Below are positions 1 through 9,751 of a DNA stretch of 64,000 nucleotides, one piece after another. The notes under the pieces were generated by a model. The model worked only from the letters and a program-made list of their open reading frames with translations, was not told where the DNA came from and made no database searches. The DNA comes from Balanoglossus misakiensis (Eukaryota; Animalia; Hemichordata), in the NCBI GenBank assembly GCA_040954595.2, contig CM082586.2:1555124-1619123 (forward strand). The letters run 5' to 3'. Position 1 is the first letter of the stretch, and each line of letters opens with the position of its first letter. The position numbers and the translations under genes are program-made.

Positions 1-1
1 T

Positions 2-1967
2 TGCAGCTGTTGTGAATGGACCGAGTGGATGGATGACGATTTGGATAAAGAAGACATAACAAACGAAAATGGGGAATTCGAACTGACGGTCGAGCTTAGG
101 AATCTCTACAATTTCTGTGACACACCAGTATCTATTCAGTGCGCACTTGCAGTAGAGCCCCACATTCCATATGACCAGACTGGACAGGATCTAACCTGTG
201 AAGTACAACATGGCTTACAGTGTTTCCACTCATACCAAACGCCACCGTTATGCTACAACTACGCTGTTCGTTTCTTGTGCTGTGCACCTGATTGCGGTTG
301 TACAGAACCACCGAGGGAAACCACAACGGCAGTGACGACAGAGCCACCTGAACCAAACCCAACCACAATCAGCTCAGTTACTGCAATTTCAACAGTGACA
401 GGCACCACGACACCATCTTGCCCATGCTGTGAATGGTCAGAATGGATGGATGACGATAAAACGAAAGAAAACATTACAAATGCAGACGGAGAGTTTGAGC
501 TTCAAGTCGACTTGAGGAGGTACTATGATTTCTGTGAATCTCCCGAGGACATTCAGTGTCGACTGGCAACAGATCCACATCTTCCATATGATCAAACTGG
601 ACAGGATGTTTCCTGCAAGGTGAACCCAGGACTCGAGTGTTTCCACGATGACCAAAGACCACCCGTATGTTATGACTATGAAGTACGTTTCCTTTGCTGT
701 CCGACACCATGTGTCTGTGAGCCAACAACCACAACACAATTGCCAACAACAACGCAAACAACAACAACACCAACAACAACAACAAGAACAACTATATCGC
801 CAACGACCACAACCTCAACAACGGCTAGTGAGACGACCTCATTACCAACTACAAGGTCTACTACAGTGCACACTACTTCAACTTCTGAACCAACCACAAC
901 ATCGCAAACAACGCCATTGCCAACAACAACTGTCCAGTCTACGACCAGCGGTCCAAGCACCACCACTATTCCAAGTACCACATCAACAACTACGGCTCCA
1001 CCAACAACCACAACCCCCACAACGCCATCACAGCCAACGACAACTGTGACAACGACAACATCACCGTCGACAACCGCATCAATTCCAACTACCACAACAT
1101 CATCACCGACAACATCATCACCACCAACAACCACAACAACACAACTTCCAACAACCGAGACAACAACATCGCCTGCGACCACAACATCATCGACAACAAC
1201 CAGTGAGACGACCCCAATAACAACCACACGACAAACTACCATACACACTACTACAACATCTGCACCACCTCCAACAACATCAACATCGCAAACAACGTCA
1301 TTGCCAACAACAACTGTCCAGTCTACGACCAGCAGTCCAACCACAACCACTATTCCAAGTACCACATCAACAACTACGGCGCCACCAACAACCACAACGC
1401 CCCCAACCACATCACTGCCAACGACGACTGAAACAACCACATCTCCAACAACCCCATCAATACCAACTACCACAACATCATCACCAACAACAACATCTTC
1501 AACAACAACATCATCACCAACAACTACAACACAATTGCCAACAACCACATCAACTACAACACAATTGCCGACAACCACAACATCAACAACAACATTGTCA
1601 ACAACCACAGCATCCTCGACAACAACTAGAGAGACGACCTCAGTACCAACTACAAGGGAAACGACACTACACACTACTTCGACACCCTCACCACCAACAA
1701 CGTCATTGCCAACAACTACTGTTAAACCTACGACCAGCAGTCCAACCACCAGTATTCCAAGTACAACATCAACTACAGCAATGCCACCAACAACTACAAC
1801 AGAAGGCACAACAAAACTAACAACAACAGAAGCAACAACAACGCCATCAACCACGGATAAAACCACCAGAAGTACAACACCACCATTTACAACACACCCA
1901 ACCACAATGACGTCATCAACAACGATTCCTACAACAATGCTCACTCCACCACCTTCACCGGATTTGT
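2..1967 (+). CDS. Mucin exon: two CysD (WxxW) domains plus a long Thr/Ser/Pro PTS region
   Basis: The frame is open from the window edge (CSCCEWTEWMD, compare CPCCEWSEWMD at ~420). Both domains end C.(N/D)Y.VRFLCC. Donor T|GTAAGT at 1967/1968. Confidence 0.92.
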
Positions 1968-4900
1968 GTAAGTATGCTAAGACCTAAAAAAGTTTATCAC
2001 AGTTCCCTTTGTGTGAATGGTGTGTGTTTGTCTTTTTAAGGACCGTGCATTGTATTTCGTTTGTCGATAGGTTAGAGATTCCAATCTGCTCTGCTTTTAT
2101 TAACAGGTTTGTGCTATGCTTGGGGTGATCCGCATTATGTTAGTTTTGATGGAACGTGGTTTTCAGACCAGGGCAACTGCACCTACATCCTTGCACGTCC
2201 ACAGTCATCCCGCAGCTTCGTAGTTCTCATCACCAATGTTGAATGTGAGGATATGCCCGGTACTTCTTGTACCGTGAGCATGACCATATTGTACGATGGT
2301 CATACTTTGGTCGTCCTTAGTGATTATACAGTAAGTGTCTGATGCCTCTTTTTTCATCTCTTGCACCAATTGACAGAGTTAGTTGTGTCTCTCGCAATGA
2401 AATCTGTGGCCGGCGCTATATCCTATTTGCAGATAGTGCGTGTGTTATAATGATGAAAGTCAGTTCCACAGATATTCTCCGTAGACTCGCGATAATGCAT
2501 TTGGCTTATCTTAAACGTAACGAATATTTTAGGGTGTGTGTTCTTTTGTTTAACTTTGTGATATTTTTCTCTTAAGGTGGAATATGACGGCGTTGTTTAC
2601 AGACCTCCAAGGGATCGCACTCATCACCAGGACGGTATAGACATTACGATATCTGGTACACAGACTATTGTTATGATCAAGTCGGTTGGCCTGGAAACTC
2701 GATTCGAGCCAATCTTCCATACCTTTAGCGTGGCTGTACCATATTACTGGTATTTCAATGATACGGAGGGTCTTTGTGGTGAGTAGCTGATAACAAAACT
2801 ATATTTATTAAAATGTTGAGAAATGCTAAGATGCTTAAGTGTTTATGTCTTTTGCCTAACTGTATCGTGTTTGGTTCTGAAGTGTAGTTTTAATGACGAA
2901 CTAATTCCTGCAAGTCACGTGTTCTTTTTTCCACCACAGGTCCGTGTAATAACGACACCAGCGATGACTTCATGCTTAGAAACAAGACCATCGTGGAAGA
3001 TGTGAAGGATTTCGTTGAAGATTGGGAAGAAAATGGTAACGGAACTTGCACTTTACCGGGACCGGAACCATGTATTTTACCGAACCAAACACACTGTGAT
3101 TACCTGTACCTTGACCCCTTCAGGGAATGTCATGCCTACATAGACCCGGCTCCATATTACGATGTGTGCATATTTGATGTACAAGCTGCTAACTGTACTG
3201 ATGACGGTGCCTGCGACACACTGGCATACTATGCGAGGAGATGTTCGGAAATAGGAATATGTCTCGATTGGAGAACGGACGAAGTCTGCTGTGAGTGTAT
3301 TTTACATCTACATCCCTGTTTAAAAATAAAGCGCACGTTATGTTCTATCCACATATACTGATTCAACCCAACACAAGTTAAAGTCTCCTCTTATATTGTT
3401 CAGTATGTAGAAATAAATTACTTCTTCTTTTTATGTGTGCATTTACAGCGCCTGGTGATTGTCCCGAAGGGTTAATTTACAAGGAGTGTCAGCCAGTATG
3501 CAATAACACAGCAGATGTCTGCAATGTCAATTGGGATGTTTGTTCATCACAGCCGTCTAGGGGCTGTTTCTGTCCAGATGGAACATACTCAAAGAACGGC
3601 ACCTGTTGTTGTAAGTAGACTGTTTATCAAAGTTGACGCACATCTTATGATTTTGTACAATAAATCTACCCTTGTCCATCAAACGTGATATAAAATGGAT
3701 ATTTTGTTTCCCAGTCATCTTTTGGCATATAACAGTAGGTAAATAAAGCGAAGGCAACTGAGTTCGATAATTGTGCCATTTGGCGATAGGCAAATCCTAA
3801 AATCATATACACGTGGATGGCAGTTTCGATCGCGTATTGCAGTTAATTTCTTCATATGTGAAAGACATTCTAGATAACTCATTTGATTACTGAATTTGTT
3901 TTGCAAGATTTCAAACCATAGACACCAGTATGTTCAATCTTGTTATATACCTATGTTACAAGAAATAGTGTACAAGTATCTATTTTGACTGGGAGACGAG
4001 AAACATTTAGCAATTTTTTGGAATCTCATGCTTCTTCTGTTTTTTTTAAGCCTGTGAGGAATGTCCTCAACCCACACCACCGTGCGAGACGAAAGAAATT
4101 ATTGTCATCGATAACGGAGGATGCTGTCCAGAATACGAATATATCTGCAGTAAGTGTTGTTCACATCTCCCGTTTGGGTATACACATTACAAAATTACAA
4201 ACTTGCCTTCAAGAGTAACTTTCTTGAGCTAGCCGATGTTTGACTTTACTCTGATCAAAATTGAAACATTTCCGTGGTTCCTTACATATGTTGATTTATG
4301 AGGGGGCACTTTACAATGAAGGTAGCCATGTAACATATATATGACACGTGCATGGCATCGAATAATTTTTTTCTAACGAGGAATTCAAATATTTTCATTT
4401 AAAATTTCCACACTGTAAAGATGTATTTTGTTCTTCTGACGAACCAACACAACTAGACAAGTGGCAACAATGTTACGAAAACAAAATATGTTCGTAACCA
4501 CCATCATGTCATAAACCTGTAATTTTCTTCGATTTTTCTGTCAGAACCATCGACTGTCCAACCTACGACCAGCAGTCCAACCACAACCACTATTCCAAGT
4601 ACCACATCAACAACTACGGCGCCACCAACAACCATATCACCCACAACGCCATCACAGCCAACGACGACTGTGACAACAACAACATTGCCAACAACCACAT
4701 CGTCAACAACAGCACCGCCAACAACTACAACACAATTGCCAACAACCACAACAACTACAACACAATTGCCGACAACCACAAGATCAACAACAACATTGTC
4801 AACAACCACAGAATCATCGACAACTAGTGAGACAACCTCAGTACCAACTACAAGGGAAACGACACTACACACTACTTCGACACCCTCACCACCAACAACG

Positions 4901-7900
4901 TCATTGCCAACAACTACTGTTAAACCTACGACCAGCAGTCCAACCACAGGTGTTCCAAGTACAACATCAACTACAACAATACCACCAACAACTACAACAG
5001 AAGGCACAACAAAACTAACAACAACAGAAGCAACAACAACGCCATCAACCACGGATAAAACCACCAGAAGTACAACACAACCATTTACAACATACCCAAC
5101 CACAATGACGTCATCAACAACGATTCCTACAACAATGCTCACGCCACCACCTTCACCGGATTTATGTAAGTATGCTAAGACCTAAAAAAGTTTATCACAG
5201 TTCCCTTTGTGTGAATGGTGTGTGTTTGTCTTTTTAAGGACCGTGCATTGTATTTCGTTTGTCGATAGATTAGAGATTCCAATCTGCTCTGCTTTTATTA
5301 ACAGGTTTGTGCTATGCTTGGGGTGATCCGCATTATGTTAGTTTTGATGGGAAGTGGTTTTCAGACCAGGGCAACTGCACCTACATCCTTGCACGTCCAC
5401 AGTCATCCCGCAGCTTCGAAGTTCTCATCACCAATGTTGAATGTGAGGATATGCCCGGTACTTCTTGTACAGTAAGCATGACCATATTGTACGATGGTCA
5501 TACTTTGGTCGTCCTTAGTGATAGAACAGTAAGTGTCTGATGCCTCTTTTTTCATCTCTTGCACCAATTGCATAAAAATTGACAGAGTTTGGTGTGTCTC
5601 TCGCAATGAAATCTCTGGCCGACGCTTTATCCTATTTGCAGATAGTGCGTGTGTTATAATGATGAAAGTCAGTTCCACAGATGTTCTCCGTAGACTTACG
5701 ATAATGCATTAGGCTTATCTTAAATGTAACGAATATTTTAGGGTGTGTGTTCTTTTGTTTAACTTTGTGATATTTTTCTCTTAAGGTGGAATATGACGGC
5801 GTTGTTTACACACCTCCAAGTGATCGCACTCACCACCAGGACGGTATAGACATTACGTTATCTGGTACACAGACTATTGTTATGATCAAGTCTGTTGGCC
5901 TGGAAACTCGATTCGAGCCAATCTTCCATACCTTTAGCGTGGCTGTACCATATTACTGGTATTTCAATGATACAGAGGGTCTTTGTGGTGAGTAGCTGAT
6001 AACAAAACTATATTTATTAAAATGTTGAGAAATGCTACGATGCTTAAGTGTTTATGTCTTTTGCCTAACTGTATCGTGTTTGGTTCTGAAGTGTAGTTTT
6101 AATGACGAACTAATTCCTGGAAGTCACGTGTTCTTTTTTCCACCACAGGTCCTTGTAATAACGACACCAGCGATGACTTCATGCTTAGAAACAAGACCAT
6201 CGTGGAAGATGTGAAGGATTTCGTGGAAGATTGGGAAGAAAATGGTAACGGAACTTGCACTTTACCGGGACCGGAACCATGTATTTTACCGAACCAAACA
6301 CACTGTGATTACCTGTACCTTGACCCCTTCAGGGAATGTCATGCCTACATCGACCCGGCTCCATATTACGACGTGTGCATATTTGATGTACAAGCTGCTA
6401 ACTGTACTGATGACGGTGCCTGCGACACACTGGCATACTATGCGAGGAGATGTTCGGAAGTAGGAATATGTCTCGATTGGAGAACGGACGAAGTCTGCCG
6501 TGAGTATAAAGTATTTCCCACCTACATTCCTGCTTAGAAATAAAGCGCACATTATGTTCTATGCACATACATATACATATACATATACATATACATGTAT
6601 ATACTGATTAAAACCAACACATCTTAAAGTAACATATTATATTTTTCAGTATATATAAATCAATAGGTTCTTCTTTTGATATGTACATTTACAGCGCCTG
6701 GTGGATGTTCCGAAGGGTTAATTTACAAGGAGTGTCAGCCAGTATGCAATAACACAGCAGATGTCTGCAACGTCAATTGGGATGTTTGTTCATCACAGCC
6801 GTCTAGGGGCTGTTTCTGTCCAGATGGAACATACGCCAAGAACGGCGCCTGTTGTTGTAAGTACACTGAAGTATTCCCATTCATAAGACTGGTTTGAAAC
6901 AAAGGCACATTCGATTAAGTAGAATAAGAACGCAAGATAGTCGAAGCCAAATTTGAGACGAATAGGTCGTATTGGCGATTTTTATGTATCGACTGATTGT
7001 ATTACGGAAACCAAAATTTAATTGACTGACTACGGGTGGGCATAGTCTGAAATATAGTTTGCAGTGTGCAGATGTGAATTACAAAACACCGTGAAGTTAC
7101 ATGAGCAAGTTATGTTATTAATAAAACAACTCTTATTTTTATCTGACAGCATGTGAGCAGTGCCCTCAACCTACACCTCCTTGCACAGCGATTGAAATTA
7201 TTGTCATAGATAATGGCGAGTGTTGTCCAGAATATGAATATGTATGCGGTAAGTGTCGACAATGAAAACCACCCTGAAATTTGACACTTTTTAACGCCAT
7301 AATCAACTTGTCGTAATTTTTCACAAAAAATAAAATTTCCCCGTACAATGCTATGGCTCTGCGAATTTGGTGCTCTTTCAAGATTAGCAGGTTCGGGTCA
7401 GTGGTACTGATCTGGTGCTTATGCTTGCAATGTCGGTGTGAAAACTACGTCAGTGAATATATATCTCGATCATATAGTACGGATTTACAATACCATGTTC
7501 TCATTTACTTTTGTCAGAACCAACAACACCTGAGCAGACAACTAGAGTAACGACACCTGAAACAACAACAACCGCTGAAACGACAACTGTAACCACCACC
7601 AAACCAACAACCACGGATAAAACTACAACTATAACCACCACCAAGCCAACAACCACGGATGAAACGACAACTGTAACCACCACCAAACCAACAACCACGG
7701 ATGAAACGACAACTGCAACCACCACCAAGCCAACAACCACGGATGAAACGACAACTGCAACCACCACCAAGCCAACAACCACGGATGAAACGACAACTGT
7801 AACCACCACCAAGCCAACAACCACGGATGAAACGACAACTGCAACCACCGCTAAGCCAACAACCACCGCTGAAACGACAACTGCAACCACCGCTAAGCCA

Positions 7901-9148
7901 ACAACCACGGATGAAACGACAACTGCAACCACCGCTAAGCCAACAACCACGGATGAAACGACAACTGCAACCACCGCTAAGCCAACAACCACGGATGAAA
8001 CGACAACTGCAACCACCGCTAAGCCAACAACCACGGATGAAACGACAACTGCAACCACCGCTAAGCCAACAACCACGGATGAAACGACAACTGCAACCAC
8101 CGCTAAGCCAACAACCACGGATGAAACGACAACTGTAACCACCACCAAGCCAACAACCACCGCTGAAACGACAACTGCAACCACCGCTAAGCCAACAACC
8201 ACGGATGAAACGACAACTGCAACCACCGCTAAGCCAACAACCACGGATGAAACGACAACTGCAACCACCGCCAAGCCAACAACCACGGATAAAACTACAA
8301 CTGTAACCACCGCTAAGCCAACAACCACCGCTGAAACGACAACACCAGGTGTGTACTAAACGAATAACATAGCTTATCAATTAATGCTAAACACGATTTT
8401 TTACCGTTTAAGTGATGGTTATGTGTTCAGGAATCATCATGCCTGGTGAACTTGTATCACATAAATTGTCAATACACACTTGTACATCATCTGAATTGTG
8501 TACATTCTGTATCTTTGTCCAATTTCCAAGTAAATCAAAATTTCTTTTTCTTTGGTGAAAGTTCTTGCAAATTTGCATTTACATTTTTACATTCTCATTT
8601 TAGGTTGTCCGCCATGTGACCCCGCCCCAACTTGCCCACCAGGCGAGAAGCTTGTTACTGAGTATCCCATGGGAGATTGCTGCCCAACCTACAGATGTGA
8701 AACAGGTAAGTTGAATATAAGGCCTGTGGTACAAATGACAATATGCTTTCTAGATAGATAATTCCTTGCCAGGCCCTGCATATTCACGCCTTTTAGTTGA
8801 CACCCTAAGAAACGAATTACCACGGCTGATTCTATATTTGTAGAACAACAAGGACGATGCAAGGCGTATGAAGTCTACCACGCGCCGAACACCGTGACCT
8901 TACAGAGCGGCTGCGTGAACATCCACGCGGTGAACGCGACGGAATGCGAAGGAAGGTGCCGCTCGCATACCGTGTGGTCGTTCGAAGGGAATCAGTTCGA
9001 GGCGGCGTGCGATTGTTGCCAGCCCGCACTTGTTGAGACCAGAACCATCGACGTGCTCTGTGGAGGAACAGACTTCAGACAAGTGACCTACGAGCATATA
9101 TTGGATTGTACGTGCCTACCATGTACAGGTCCTACAGCAAGGAGATAA
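2..9148 (+). CDS. Gel-forming mucin (MUC2/MUC5-like), 5'-partial; join(<2..1967,2107..2330,2577..2778,2940..3290,3449..3610,4051..4149,4545..5165,5305..5528,5786..5987,6149..6499,6695..6856,7150..7248,7518..8348,8604..8705,8844..9148)
   Basis: All 14 introns are GT..AG with matching phases and the frame stays open to TAA at 9146-9148. Domain order: CysD x2, PTS, VWD(GDPH)-C8-TIL-short Cys module, PTS, VWD(GDPH)-C8-TIL-short Cys module, PTS, short Cys module, CTCK. Confidence 0.93.
2107..2330 (+). CDS. Mucin exon, VWD copy A N-part (CYAWGDPHY)
   Basis: Acceptor TTAACAG|G and donor ACA|GTAAGT; classic VWD start WGDPHYVSFDG. Confidence 0.93.
2577..2778 (+). CDS. Mucin exon, VWD copy A C-part (…TEGLCG)
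   Basis: Acceptor CTTAAG|GTG and donor G|GTGAGT; VWD motif T.GLCG. Confidence 0.92.
2940..3290 (+). CDS. Mucin exon, end of VWD plus C8 domain, copy A
   Basis: Acceptor CCACAG|GT and donor T|GTGAGT; PFRECH.YIDP.PYY..C..D…C..L..YA..C…G.C..WR is the C8 pattern. Confidence 0.92.
3449..3610 (+). CDS. Mucin exon, TIL domain copy A
   Basis: Acceptor TTACAG|CG and donor T|GTAAGT; CPEGLIYKEC…GCFCPDG. Confidence 0.9.
4051..4149 (+). CDS. Mucin exon, short Cys module copy A (CEECPQPTPPCETKEIIVIDNGGCCPEYEYIC)
   Basis: Acceptor T-run AAG|CC and donor A|GTAAGT; phase 1-1; paralogous to 7150..7248. This frame is not shown in the ORF track. Confidence 0.88.
4545..5165 (+). CDS. Mucin exon, second PTS block
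   Basis: Acceptor CTGTCAG|AA and donor T|GTAAGT; the 3' part is nearly identical to ~1520-1967. Confidence 0.9.
5305..5528 (+). CDS. Mucin exon, VWD copy B N-part (GDPH)
   Basis: Near-identical paralog of 2107..2330 with the same splice sites. Confidence 0.92.
5786..5987 (+). CDS. Mucin exon, VWD copy B C-part
   Basis: Paralog of 2577..2778 with the same splice sites. Confidence 0.92.
6149..6499 (+). CDS. Mucin exon, C8 domain copy B
   Basis: Paralog of 2940..3290; donor C|GTGAGT. Confidence 0.92.
6566..6604. repeat. (CATATA)n intronic microsatellite, present only in duplicate copy B
   Basis: ACATACATATACATATACATATACAT…; the copy A intron has only a single ACATATAC at ~3351. Confidence 0.8.
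6695..6856 (+). CDS. Mucin exon, TIL domain copy B
   Basis: Paralog of 3449..3610; acceptor TTACAG|CG and donor T|GTAAGT. Confidence 0.9.
7150..7248 (+). CDS. Mucin exon, short Cys module copy B (CEQCPQPTPPCTAIEIIVIDNGECCPEYEYVC)
   Basis: Acceptor TGACAG|CA and donor G|GTAAGT; 99 nt like copy A. Absent from the ORF track. Confidence 0.88.
7518..8348 (+). CDS. Mucin exon, third PTS block made of a 14-aa tandem repeat
   Basis: Acceptor TTGTCAG|AA and donor G|GTGTGT; translation (TTTDETTTATTAKP)n. Confidence 0.9.
7565..8345 (+). repeat. Coding 42-bp minisatellite (mucin VNTR), ~18 copies
   Basis: Unit ACAACCACGGATGAAACGACAACTGCAACCACCGCTAAGCCA repeated with few substitutions. Confidence 0.95.
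8604..8705 (+). CDS. Mucin exon, short VWC-like Cys module (CPPCDPAPTCPPGEKLV…DCCPTYRCE)
   Basis: Acceptor TTTTAG|GT and donor G|GTAAGT; phase 1-1. Confidence 0.88.
8844..9148 (+). CDS. Mucin last coding exon, C-terminal cystine knot (CTCK)
   Basis: Acceptor TTGTAG|AA; C…GC…ECEGRC.S…C.CCQP…C…C.C..C is the CK pattern of mucins and VWF; stop TAA. Confidence 0.93.
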
Positions 9149-9556
9149 AACGACAGAAACGGAAATTTCACAGTTATATGCTGCATCAGATATTATTTAA
9201 CAATATCTTAACAGAGCTTTAAACATGGGACATAGACTTTTTCTTCGTTATCCCACAATTTCTCTGGTTGTCCGGATATACTGCAAGACTTTTACAGATG
9301 TTTAACTAGAAGAAATATACTCAAGAAATATTTTGGTTTGAAGTTAATGTAACCGGATATAGTCATTTACAAAATGAAACCTTTTAATTGTTAGAATTAC
9401 CGATGAAGACATATGCTCATGTTAGTCGACCGTGACGTCATATGTCAGATGACGTCATGGTTTATTTTCTTCTTTTTCTCTGTGTTTCTACTCTGTTTCG
9501 GTTACCAATATGCTATGTGATGTTCCCATTTGTGAAACTACTGTAACTAGACCAAT

Positions 9557-9562
9557 AATAAA
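9557..9562 (+). promoter_or_regulatory. Probable polyadenylation signal of the mucin gene
   Basis: AATAAA ~410 nt after the stop codon and before the satellite. Confidence 0.55.
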
Positions 9563-9751
9563 ACACCCTTGACTACAGCAGTCTAATTAAGCATGTCTTT
9601 TCAGTTAAGTTACAAATACTGTCATTTTCCGTGTGGATTTTGAGGTTTGAAAATATGCCAAAGGTTTTCAGAAAATGATAAGGGTTATTGGGCTGTTCGT
9701 AAAACCGAGAATTCAGTTGAACGCACGATATGCCGGGTCAGTAGAATCAAA

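Noticed and set aside
676-8380. Long Val-rich or Cys/Gly-rich antisense ORFs and Gln-rich alternative-frame ORFs over the PTS exons
   Set aside because: They are mirrors of ACN-rich Thr codons; the sense frame has the splice-supported mucin reading.
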